NCBI GenBank assembly: GCA_905331295.1
Contig: CAJNYD010000201.1
Location: 62,001-121,387 of the forward strand
Length of the DNA stretch: 59,387 nt
Source of the DNA: Rotaria socialis
Taxonomy: Eukaryota
Direction of reading: 5' to 3'
Part shown: piece after piece, positions 12,699 through 25,371 of the stretch
Numbering within the stretch: the first letter of the stretch is position 1
Layout: the number at the start of each line of letters is the position of its first letter
The notes under the pieces: generated by a model
What the model was told of the DNA's origin: nothing
What the model saw: only the letters and a program-made list of their open reading frames with translations
Databases searched by the model: none
Translations under genes and position numbers: made by a program

Positions 12699-13702
12699 TC
12701 AATGAAATTTATAATCGACGTGGCATCGAGGTTTTCGTAAAACTATTGTATTTCGAAATCTTTTAAACACGCGCGGATTTCGTTTAACGGATATAAATCG
12801 AATAATTTCGCCATTTGATGAAAGAAATAAAACAATTGGTGAATTTAATTTGATACATGAGCAATTTTTAATTGGAAAATCAAATTTCATTTCATTGTTA
12901 TCTAATCGTTTAAAATATCGAACTTTATACTTATTTGCAAATATGAAATTATTTTCTGATATTGATGACATTTTAATTGGACGAGTACGAACCACAATCG
13001 ATGAACGGCAATAGTCATTAAGTAAATCACTTACAGTGGCTTGTGATTGACACATGAAACATAAATGGGCCTTTGAAATCATTGGAGATTTGAATGTACT
13101 AGTGGTTGATGGTAATGTACTAGTTGTTGATGATGAAGAATGAGACACACATAGATCTGTTTCTTCTGGATATTGATCACAGGCAACTAAAATATTATTT
13201 TAAATTATAGATTATGTTACGTTTCGTTTGAGTTCGATGATTAAGTCTTACTTGTATTTGGCCATTTATATCCAAATTGTTTTATCATTTTTGGTTCACA
13301 ACTTTGTTTGACTGATTCACAAAGTGTACGACAAGGATATAGAAATTTTCGATTTTCATGTGTCATTAAAAGTCTCGAATCTTGATTATTATCAAATGAA
13401 ACAAGTGTTCGTCTTTCTGATATTTGCTGAAGACATACCGGTGCTAATATCGAACAGAGCAATAATCGAGAATTTGTATGACACTCTAAATCGAGAAGTG
13501 ATTGCCATAAAGGTAATTCATGTTCAATTTCATTTATAGTTTCATAGTGAAGCAAATTCGGTAAATGCATTTGTGTATAACCAAGGCCATAACATAAAGA
13601 AAAATTCGATGGAATTGGTAGACAACGATTAATACTTGATGGGAAAAAATTATCCGCTGTACTCAATGAACAGACATACAAGAAGAATACAGCAAACAAC
13701 AT
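12699..13702 (-). CDS. SFRP: Secreted frizzled-related protein (Fz cysteine-rich domain + NTR-like domain); exons 13702-13252 and 13186-12699
   Basis: Signal peptide; a 10-Cys CRD (CLPIPSNFSLCYGLGYTQMHLPNLL..CSILAPVC..PCRTLCESVKQSCEP..WPNTIACDQYP..LC) completed across intron 13187-13251; a Ser/Thr linker; and a basic C-terminal domain with CxxC..YC..CSC..C. No transmembrane helices are seen. Confidence 0.88.
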
Positions 13703-15744
13703 TGTATCAACGAATAAATGAATATAAGAATGAAGCGAAGAAGAAAATGTATGTTAATTGAACGGCATAGAACTCAACTTCAATCGACAAGACAAATGTC
13801 TATCGTTCTTTTTTCTTCTTCTTTCTTTGTATACTCGACCGAATAGCCTCAGCGCCTAATTTTTTCTCTCTTAAGAAATCAGTCAGTTGTTAATAGAAAA
13901 AAAAATTTTCTCGCATCGTATGATAATAAATGACATCGTTTCCTTAGTTTATTTAAGCAGTTAATGACCTGAATGCAAACGATTAGTCATGCGTTAGATC
14001 TTCTTAACGAATAAATGTAGTAACAAATAATAACATCTAACTGAGATAGAAAGTTTATGTGTATACTTCATTGAATATCATCTGATCAGCTGATAATTAA
14101 TCATCAAAGAAAGCAAGATTGATGTATTTGTAATTGAAAAATAAAAATAAAAATAACAGATTGTTCGTCTATACCGTTAGCTCTTTCCTCTTGCTCACAT
14201 TTGTACAAGTCTTTGTTATAGTATTTGTTTATGAATTCGATCATCTTAGTTTTTGAAAACTCAAGTAGAAACAGTGTAGTTTCTTCGCGATTGTTCAACA
14301 CATGAAATAGTGTAAAAGTTCTTTTTTTTTTTCGTTTGATTGATTCAAGTTGTTAAAAAAATTCTAACTGATAACACATCGAAAAGTTAGCAACGATTAT
14401 GAAAAATTAGCTTGTGGTTTCAGGAGATTTCTTCGCTAGAACAAAAGTTCAATAGTGGAAAATCTTCTTGCTAAATCAGTAGATTTGACAGCAGTATTTT
14501 CTATATGGATATTTTCATCTAAATATCTTATCAATCAAATGATAAACATAAAAAACAATTCGAGTCACATATGGCTATTCGTTAGTGTAATGAACAAAAT
14601 TTAGTTGTATAAAAAACATGCTTATATCTGTCAAAGATCTAGTTCGATATCATACTTATTCGACTGTCAACTAGTTATTTGTAGTTAATCGATAATGACG
14701 GCATTGATAAAACTTTCGATATATATGATGATTCAGTCTAGAAATCTAGAATTTACGAAACGAGGCCATGAGTTCGTAAGTGAATATAAGGAATGAGATG
14801 ATGCACATAATCTACGTGAATATCATCATTAATGCCGACGCTAGCTTGCACACTAGTGACGAATCTAGACGTTTATGATTGGTAACGATAAAGTGAAGAT
14901 CAGAGAAACTACTGTGGAGACTAGAAGTGTTCGTGATCATAAAAATATCTTGAGGGTTATCATGAGTGATATCAGCTGAGTCTTTTTTGCTAGGAAAATT
15001 ACAATCCTTTTTTCCGAAAATTAAACTATTATCCCTCAGTACTTTTTTCTCGAAAATCCACCACTGATTGTTCATGAAATAACAAATCACAATAGAAACT
15101 GGCAAGGTAAATGACGATATTGTTTGGCGGAATTCACTATGATATTAGCTATCCCAGATAAGTCGCATTTATTTAAAAACAAAAAGATTAGGAAATCATA
15201 ACCATGCTCGACAAAAAACAAACACACACACACATATATTTAATGTTATGATATACAAGAAAATTTGTAATTCTTTGAATAAGAAAAAAGTCAAATGAAT
15301 GTTAAATCTCGCACGAAGCTATTGATCGGTATGCTTATTTAAAATTTATTGGTTTTCAAATATAGCACAGATAGCGTGATATCTTAAGTAAACATATTAA
15401 AGTGGCATAGAATAAACGATCAATCAGTTGTTAAAATTTAGGCAGTATACTGAAATAAATTATGGTAAAATTTTTTTTGATTTGACTAAAACGAGAAATT
15501 CCTAATTTAAATGATAATGAAAAATAACTTTATCAATAAAATTTTCATTTTTAAATCATCGCTCATATAAGACTAGTCAGGTACTATTTGATAAAAAAAT
15601 GACATACAAATGTAACTGTATTACATAATAATGCAAGACACTGCAGAATGTTGTTTTCTTTTACAGCACACATGACCATGATTATAAAACAAATATGGTA
15701 TAGATAAAACATTTACATTTACTTTTTTTATTATATCTCATAGG

Positions 15745-17054
15745 ATGCAACTTTATCAGTTTATTACTCTTGTGAGTACTTTAACTTGTCCTTTATTGAC
15801 AAAAAGTGAGATCTCACCAGTTCTTATAAATAAATTCGAATTAGCTCATCCTGGCTTTTTAACGCTTCTTCGTACATGGACATTAAATTCAACATCATGG
15901 GGTTTATTTATTTCTTGTTTCAATGCAATTCCAGAAACTACAGACTCTGTTTACAGTGTACCTAATATAGGACAACAATTAACAACACAGATTATACCAA
16001 CACGTATAACCAGTCAAATAACATGGCCGAACGGTATCGTATCAGCAGATCCATTAGTAGAATATTCTATGATTGTTCCAAGTGGTTTTCTTGTGCCTGG
16101 TAAAACTAACGGAAATCTTTATTTCATCTCTGAAACTACTATAACACCGTTAGTACCAAGTGATAAAACAAATTGGTTCTATCATGATGCTGAATTCAAA
16201 GATATGGACGGAGATGGCTTTATTGACATAATAGCGGGACGTGCAAATGTTCCATTAATCGGTGCACCTAGAACTCAATTAATTTGGCTGAAAAATCCAG
16301 GAAATCGAACGATAACTGGTCCTTGGAAACTTAACTATTTACTATCGGATGGTGGACCAGAAATTCAAGTACAATTTGCCATAGTTGATTCCTTACAAGT
16401 ATGATCTGTTGGTGCTGAAAAAAATTTGAAAATTCTTTATTTTTATTATTTTAGGTTCTTTTTGCGAATTCATTTTTTGAAAGGAAACTTCAAATGTTTT
16501 GGTCTGATTCAGATCCATTTTGGAATGATACTACTAAATTACATGTACGTCATATTGACTATGAACCACTTCCATATGCATACGTGCAATTAACCGTAGA
16601 TCTTAATGGTGATAATAAACCTGATCTACTTGTTACTGTCAATGATGAATTTAATGGTTCACTCATTGCTTATGAACTTCCACCTTCAGGTGAAATTCGT
16701 ACGGGAAACTTCGTAAAACATATTCTTGCAAGTGGATTTAAACCACTAACACAAGCCAAAGGTCGAGGAGCACCAGGAGAAGGCATTGCAATTCAATTTT
16801 ATTCTCTTGCTATTCGGAAGAAACCAATTTTAATATTGTCTGGTGATGATGATGGTTGTGTCTATTTGTTAGAAGCGATTCATGATAATGATCCATCGAA
16901 TTGGGAATATTCAACAACAATAATTCATAAATCTGAAAAATCAACGATTGGTCAAGTTACTGTTGAAGACGTTGACAACGATGGATATCTAGAAATGTTT
17001 GTACCTGCTTATAATGAAAACATAGTATACATTTACCGATTGATGGAAAAATAA
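15745..17054 (+). CDS. Secreted FG-GAP/VCBS-repeat (beta-propeller-like) protein; exons 15745-16398 and 16455-17054
   Basis: Signal peptide and Ca-binding repeats DMDGDGFIDII, DLNGDNKPDLLV and DVDNDGYLEMFV. Intron 16399-16454 (GTATGA..TTTTAG) joins the ORFs in frame. Confidence 0.85.
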
Positions 17055-17270
17055 TAAAACAAGTCTTTTCGTATGATTTAGTTTTCATTTCTATTCGATA
17101 TTTTTACATCAATATCTAATTTAATTATAAGAATAAAAATATTTATTATATTTAAAGTTTTTTATGCACGAAAATGACTGAATATCACGTGGCAAACATC
17201 ATTTTTTGTAATGAAATTTCTTTTATTTGATAAAAATCTTAACTATGAAGAGTACACAAAAATGAAATTG

Positions 17271-20200
17271 CTATTTTATGTGATGCGCCTCGGATGATTT
17301 TGTTTCGAAGTAGAAGACTATTGTCGGATTTTTCCATGTTGTTGATGGTATTTTTGTATCAAAAACTCCATTCCAAGGAAATTTTAATGGAAGCTCAGTA
17401 CTATTGTTTGTTTTTATCGTTTTAAATGATTCGATTGTTACAGTTGAAAATGGACATGGGCCAAATATAGCTGTTGAACATTTATTTATGTTTTGTTTGG
17501 ACGATGAACATAATGAATGTTTATAATTTTCACAGAACTTTTCAAATTCATACTCATTCGTTTTCATTCGTTCAGCAAATTTGAATTTAAAGTCTAACAG
17601 TTCTTTTTCTGTTAAAGACGCTTTTGCGGGACATTGTTTAAGCACAATGAGTTGCTGTTTACAAGTTTTCTTAAAATCTTGTTTCATCTTTCTACTGTTT
17701 TTTGACATGTTTTTATTGTTAGAAAAACAAACTAGTGAAGTGCTTTTTCGAATTGATGTTGTTTGAGAATCAATATCATTTAGATTTAAGTTTTTACAAG
17801 TCATTTCTTCTTGATGTTTTAATATCATTAACGATCTCTTTTTTAATGAGCCGCTTATAGTACGATTATTATTCTGTTCAGCAAGATTATTGAATTCTTT
17901 TTCTATCGGATAATGCTTTCGTAAGGATAATAATAAATATGAATTTCGTAAAACTTCATTCAACATAGGGAAAATCGCTTTATTAACATCACCAGTATAT
18001 GTAAATGGTGCAATATTTAATGTTGTTTTAAAATTTTCTATTTTGTTTAACCATTGTTTGTAAGATAGGATTCCAATATTAAACCATACGCATTGCTTGA
18101 TTTTATCTTTTTTTTGTTGCTTCTCTGGACTATCTAGAGTTTGTAAATCTATCAAGAAAGAAAATATGAGAAATAAGTTGTAAAATCAATGGATACACAC
18201 AGCAATACCACTTATTTTCATACAAATACTTTCTGCATTGATTTTCTTTTGCATGAATAATATCTTGTATTTTTTCTGTCAGGTTGTTTTTATCATTGTC
18301 AGTTATTTTTCCTTTTTCTGATTTAGCTAAATTTTGAATATAATTTTCATACTTGACTTTGTTTTGGTCTGGTGTTAGTAGAAAGTCAAATTCTTTATTA
18401 GTTCCTACACATTTGATAGGACCATTCGCCTGTAAAACATTCGATTGATCAGATGCTTGCTTAAATGAGTGGATATAACTGTTTGCTATACATTGGAACT
18501 GAAATCAAAATTGATTAAACATCAATTGAAGATGGTGTTTTCTTTTTTCAATCATGTAGCTAAGTAACTTCATATGAAATCATTTTCAAATGATATCGAT
18601 TAAAAGTGAAGAGCGTAACATAAAAAAAAGGGTGGATCGAAGTGAATAGCTAGCTAGTTAAACAACGATGTTTTTTTTTTATCGAAAAATGGAAATTGGA
18701 CATCCAACTTTAAGACAAGAGAAAATATCTTACATGTTACATAAATCAACTGTTTGATCAGAACATGATGGAAAAAAAAAAGAATTTTGTACTCAATTTA
18801 TTTTATCTATGTTTATGGCAATACGTCCATGTACCACTAGACTTGATAGCTTTGTAGAGATTTTCAAATATATATACATATATCCAGTTTTCTTGCTTTT
18901 TAAAATTTGCTAGTCAACAGACGATTTGGCTGCGTTTCACTAAGATATAAAATGTAAGAAAAAATATCTTCTGTAAGAGAGAAAGTTTTATTATCGATTT
19001 ATTTCAACAGGAGAATGTAAGTAAAATACATTAGATGAATTTTAAGGCGACAAAATTTAGCCCACAAGTTACTTGAATGCTTATTAAAGATAGAAAAAAT
19101 AATATTTTCTTGCAGTTTATTAAAGACTCATATATCTTACAATGAATGATATGAATCTTGTTCAATTTAGAAAATTTTAAAAACAGCCCGTATTGAAATG
19201 CATTAAAATCTGTGATTAAGCCATAAAATTAAAGTTAAAAATGATGCGATAAATATTAATATTCAAATTTAACCTCGATTAATTATTCTCTTGATTTTAA
19301 CAATCAACTCAAGTAAATAAGTAGTTTTACATGATATGAAAAACTAATTTTCTATAATTCAAGTGAATTCGATATATTGCTTTCGTTTTGATAAATGTCA
19401 AACAAACTTACAAGTTTCAATAATAATTTATCATATTCTAAGTTAAAATGATTTTCTGATCCAAATAATTGAAAGTATGATTCTTTTTCAATTAACTTTT
19501 CTAACCATTCGATTGGTTCATAATTTTGAACTTTTACAGGAATAATGCATTTTCCTATTTGATTTGCATATTTTGCTTCTTGTTCACATAATTTATCATG
19601 AAAATAATTTTTACTTATGCAAAGAATAATACAATAAGATTTGTTTACCATTTCAAAATGTTCTTCATTGTTTCTTGATTGATTTAAATTTAACCATACA
19701 GAAAAACCTTCGTCAATAAGAAAATTAGCTAAACGTTGTGATACTATTGAATCATCTGGTGAATAACTCAACATAATAGTATAGTCAACAAATAATGTTT
19801 CAGTTGAAAATAATGATAATAAATTTGTTTTTTCTTGAGCTAATGTTTTTATCAAAGCATATTTTTGTTTAACTTCATAAACACTGTTTATCGGGCCATG
19901 TAATACAACTTTTTCATCGTTATCTAATTTAGGTAAAGTACATCTATCTATAGAATATTTATAAAAAGCATTGATCATGTCTTGATTCCAATTTTCAAAT
20001 CCATCTAAGTTTATTTTAAAAATTGATCGGTTTAAATAATTATTTATTCTTTTTTTACATTGCTTTAAATTATCTACATTTGAACATGCAAGAGTTATTT
20101 GAATAGCTAGAAAAATAGACAGAATATATTTAAATAGAATTTTTTAAACGATAAAACATAATTTGAACATAAAAAACTTACACTCTAGAAAAGTCAAATT

Positions 20201-23200
20201 AAAATTAAGAAAGAACCATAATTGTAGGAAGATAAAGATAAAGTCTTTGCTTTTTGGCACTCTATATTAGTCATCATAAAGTTTGTTAAATTTCTTGATT
20301 TGAATTAGAGACATGCACAGGACAACTTTTGCTGTCTTGTCGTGCTAGCACCCATGTCCAGGCGGGCAGCAGGACAGGGCGAAATTTGAACTTGCGTTCT
20401 ATCTCGTTCTGCCCTAGGCACGTCTCTGATTTGCATCAATTTTTATAAATGCACAAAAAGTTAAAAAAAGAAAATTAGTCCAAGATCAATGTACTAAAAT
20501 GCGAATATAGCTTCAATATTAACTTAGCTTAGCCTAGCTAATTTGATGTAGCCGATAGTGTGAAACATTTATATATATATATATACTCTCTCTCAGCTAA
20601 CGTCATGTAAACTTAGAGGAGGAGTCTTCCGTATAATGGAATATTTTATTGTTAATATCTGTAATCCAGTCATATACTTGTGTTGGTTAAATCTGAAAAG
20701 AACACATACACTGGCTACTACGATCAGTATTGTTTCTCACATTTAACTAGCGTAATCTCTCATTAGTCAATAATTGATATAATGAAGAAAAGAGTGGGAT
20801 TTTGCAAAATTTTGCCTTTAAATGTATCCTTATCATTTGTTCGAAAATGTATGTCAGTTTTACAATATTATTTTTTAAGATAAGTAATTTTCGGAAAATG
20901 TTTTGTGAAACACGATCTGAAAGGAGTGCTGAAGTATATAGGGTAGACATTTGGGCCCATCGCCCGCCCCCCCCCCTCCCACAGACCGTTACAGAGAAAT
21001 TAATGAATTCTTTTCTCTGTAACGGTCTGTGGCAGTTTCTAGAGACTCGATACATCATAGTACAGACCGTGACAGAGAAGCTTCACAGACTATCACTGAC
21101 CGTTATAGACGGATTCCAGAAAAAGAGTTTCATCGTGTTTCACATTTTAATCCCACAGGAATTGTACTAACAGCTTTTAACATCTAGTTTACATCATAAA
21201 GATTATAAACAGTCTTATTTCAAAATATATGATAATTTTTACGGTTCAGGAAAGTAATGATAATGTTTCAATTTATGAAATAATAAAATATGAGTTTATC
21301 AATACTGTTTTTATTATTCTGTATATATGTAATAATTACTATTGCAATCCTATCAATTCGATTGATCATTCAAATTGAACAGATTTCCTATAATTTGTTG
21401 GTTCTTAATATAAATTACGTAAAATCTTACTTGTTGCGGGACATAAAAAAATGTCACAACAATCTTTTCCTGTTTGTATTGTTTGAATAATATTTAAAAA
21501 TAGTTGATGTAACGTCTGCTGATCTGGTAATAAAACGAACGATACTTTTAATGAGACAACTTTTGCCAAATTAATTTGATTGATTGTTTCTTCAATCATT
21601 TCTTCTGCTAAAATTTGTTCGTGTTTACATGAGTCGGGAACTGCAAATGCAATTGTTTGTGTGGTTAAATTTGCTCGCTCACATTCCTTGATAACATAAC
21701 GAATCGATTTCGAAATATATAATTGAATTAAATCACTCAAATAGTCTTCATCGAATATTATAGTTGGTAATGACCAATTCACAAATAAAATTTTTCGGCA
21801 ATTTAAATGTCCACCAGTTGTTTCCGTAATAAATGGAATTGAACTCAATCTATTGTCTTGTTGATACGTTTGACTTGATGGTTGTTGTTCAATTATTTCA
21901 CCTGCTCGTTCAATTAAACTTTCTTTTAATCCGAATGATGTAGATGAAATAATAATAATGTCGACCTAGAATTATCATCAAAATTAACATTTCGATAAAT
22001 TTAAAACTTACGTTTTGTAAAGCGATGTCACCCATAACAATTTCAATTGAACCATTAGTTAATTTCGTTTGAGAAAAAACTAGTGGAGATGAACAAAATG
22101 ACTTTGATTGTTCTATTATTGATTTTGATACCAATGATGAATTTTTATTAGATCTTGGTATTCGATAAGATTTACTTTTGCTTTTTAATGCTAATTCACA
22201 ATAGCAACGGTTTTGTTGAGCAAGTTTTTTTATATGCAAATATAATTTTTCAGCAATATCATAATGTAATTCTTTACTTTTGAATGTACTTGTTTTCAAA
22301 TTAGATAATAAATTTAAGATAGAATTTTCTATTTTATTTTTTAAATAGTGTGGAGCATAAAATTGATTTTCTCGAATATTTAATTTTATATAATCATTAT
22401 GAAATTCTCTTGCAATATCATGTAATTGTTCGATACAAAAATTTGCAAGATATTCAAGCTGTTTTTTAAGAAAACAAAATCAATGAATATTTAAAGAAAA
22501 TAATAAATCATAAAAATATTGCTTTTTGTTTTGTTTTAGTTAATAATTAGTATAGTAGCATGGATAATGAATCTTATAAAATAAAAAGTGAATGAATCGT
22601 TCTCAACTGTTTACAAACAGTAAAATGAAAGAAATCACACATTGAATTCTGGATAATTCAAAATCTTTATAAATATATTTAACACGGAATCTATGATTAG
22701 GAAGCATTGAAAATGATGCAAATAAAATCAAGAAACAAATATTTTTATCTTGTTTTAGCAAAAGAAAAACTTCGAATGATTTCTGTATGTTAAGTAAAAA
22801 ATACTTTAACAAACGTGATGCTCATCAGTAACGTGTAAGTATCAATTGAATCGAATCTATGTTTTTGCTTAAAATATTAGATTCCTATCTAACAGGGAAG
22901 AGCTATAAATAAAACAGGGACATACTTGTTCAGATGAAATTTGGCCAAATTTATATTTTCTCAATCGATATTTATCAAATAAATTTTTGAACTTTTGAAA
23001 AACTTCATTCACAAGTTTTTGATAACCAAATATTTTAATGATATGTTTTGTTTTATTTCGATTTTTAATATATGGATTTCGTGTAACAGATATTAACATA
23101 TGATCTTGTTCATATTGATTCATATTTTCATTGAATTCTTCATCATATTGTTTTGTTGAACTAATTTCAAATTTTGATAAAATTTCATTTGTATGCAGAT

Positions 23201-25371
23201 GTATAAATTCAATAATTTGAGTTGATTTATTTGTTGAAACAAGAATATTTAGCTGTAAAATATGATTGTGAATAATATCATCAATATCAATAAGATTTTG
23301 AAAAGAATTAAATTTTTCATCATCGAAATAATAAACTTCTAAGATTTTACTATTCAATCTATTCCATTGGCATACAGTAAATAGATGAGTTTTATCATCT
23401 AAGATATTTTGAACAATACCAATTGATGTTATGTTAAATAGCCATGTTTTAACAATATTTTGATGATATATTTTCGATTTTATTGACTTGAATAAGTTTT
23501 TGACAAAATTTCGAACAACTCGATTTTGTTTTTTTCTTCCAATGAATTTTATTGTATAATCAAATACTGATTCTTCATCGTTTGAATGCACTTGTTTTAT
23601 TTCAATTTCAATTGCGAATGTTTCTTGTTTTATATAATTAATTAAATGTGAAATAAATTGAGGTTTTTTGAAAAATTCAATTTGAATTTCATCATCAATT
23701 AAGTAAGTTGTTTCACATATTGAAGTATTCGAGTTTTTCTTTGTAGATTTTTTAGAAACAATGTCCAGTTGGCGTTTATCCTGAGAAATAAAATAAATTC
23801 AATCGATGATATAGCAGAATCTGTATATAGTAGTAATAAAACAAATTTTGATCGATACTTCTTGTATGGCTTTAACCAGTCGATATATCTTTGAATTCTA
23901 TATGTGGTTGGATTTAATGATCGACTTGTTTTCAAAAAGTTCACCTTGCATCAAGTATATGGAATGAATACGAAACTCTCGCTATATATTACAACTTCAG
24001 TGAATAGTCTATGCTAAAATGTTCATCTTAATTTACCGAGATGTTAGATGGAGATTCAGCAAAAGAAAAGTGACTAATACTCATTTTGAACAATCGAAAT
24101 TCTGTATCTAATCCTCATTCTAATATAGTATGAATGCTCATGTTTTGTTCCATAATAATTGACAATGGCATTTCTTTTCTTAAATTTTTATTGTTGACGA
24201 TAAAGACAAAATGATGATGACTTCACTAATTCAGATAAATTTAAAAAACTGTTCATCTTTATTTTGAAATGCTTTTCTTTAGAGCAATAAAAACTGACCA
24301 AAAATAAACCAACTCAGACGATTAATACGACTTCTAGATGTTCCTGTAGAAAAATAAAGCAAAAACTCGGTATGATGAAACTCCATAGATAATTCAGCAA
24401 AAAAAAATGACCAAAATGCATAGCTTTTAGATGTTTTAGAAGTTACAGAAAGTATGAAAATCATCAATAAAAAACGAGATAAACTATAAAGAAAAACTGT
24501 GTTATCTTAGAACTATAAAATCTCATACTGGCATCTCATATATTTGTCTTAGTATTTGATCTTATTAACTCGTTCTTTTTTTTAAAGAATGAAATCCTGG
24601 AAATATAAGTCAAAATATCTCTAAATATGCGTCTGAAGAAAATACTGATCTTGTGAACAACTAATGACTTGTTTTAAAGTAAAGATCGAATAATGATTAA
24701 TGTTCTAAGTAGTTTAGAGCATATTTTAACCAAACTTCATATAATGAGGCGATTATGACTGTAAAAAAGCTATCATCAATATTCAGTGCCTGTTGAATTC
24801 CTTTTCAATTCAAAATACTGAATGGAAGATTATCGATAACTAGAAAACAGGAACAATGTGTCTTGATAAAAATCTCTTCTAAAATAAATTTCTAACTTTT
24901 ATTTAGTAATTCATCATTCCCAATATTTACCGCATTGAAATCTGTTCTATGAACCATAGTTGATGGAACGAATTCAGATGAAACATTGTCAACTCTAAAT
25001 AACATTAAAACATATTAAAATCGAGATAATCTTCATCGAAAATTTTCTTCCTCAATATGATTATTCTGATTTTTTTGTTGTATCTCCATCTTCAATTGCA
25101 TTAATTTTGTTTTAAATCTACTTGTTGCCCCAATAGTCGATTTTTCTATCGATCCATCTGCGTTGATTTCCAAAATGAGTTGCGTTATATCAGCATCGGT
25201 TAGTTTCATTAGAGATAACCCGTCTATGTTCCTATCTAACACAATAAGAAAAGAGATTTACCATTAATGTGTAGTGCTATAGAAATGACTACCTTTGAAT
25301 ATTTTCGCCTGCTTTTTAAAACCATTTGCTTTCAACCAATCAGTAACCTTCTTCACTGTCCAATTTGCCAT
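17271..25371 (-). CDS. SAM - KH-like repeats - Macro - TIR multidomain protein, copy A. Predicted exons 25371-25293, 25235-25052(?), 24994-24931, 23780-22926, 22458-22012, 21965-21431, 20106-19412, 18498-18201, 18148-17271
   Basis: SAM: MANWTVKKVTDWLKANGFKKQAKIFKDRNIDGLSLMKLTDADITQL. Macro: IEIVMGDIALQNVDIII..LIERAG..ETTGGHLNCRKILFV..TIAFAV. TIR_2: IMLSYSPDD..LANFLIDEGFSVWL..IILCISKNYFHDKLCEQEAKYA..IIPVKV..WL. Splice phases are consistent, except that the exon 2 donor reads GG instead of GT. The gene is colinear with the plus-strand paralogue. Confidence 0.78.
20306..20428. mobile_element. hAT-type MITE (123 bp) in an intron of TIR gene A
   Basis: TIR TAGAGACATGC versus reverse complement of the right end CAGAGACGTGC. 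Flanking 8-bp target-site duplication atttgaat / atttgcat (7/8 match). Confidence 0.72.
20979..21032. repeat. Perfect 21-bp inverted repeat (hairpin) with adjacent direct copies of the arm
   Basis: CCACAGACCGTTACAGAGAAA, a 12-nt spacer, then TTTCTCTGTAACGGTCTGTGG. It is preceded by a C-run, and related units ACAGACCGTGACAGAGAA (about 21062) and GACCGTTATAGA (about 21098) follow. Confidence 0.85.

Noticed and set aside
14812..15105. 97-aa ORF in a GC-richer patch
   Set aside because: No motif or splice support. It may be a decayed repeat.
18149..18210. Apparent frameshift at the last junction of TIR gene A
   Set aside because: It is resolved by a phase-1 GTGTGT donor at 18200, giving a 52-nt intron with the same phase as in copy B.
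20747..21170. Overlapping 103-aa and 122-aa ORFs
   Set aside because: They are produced by an intronic inverted repeat and show no recognisable domain.
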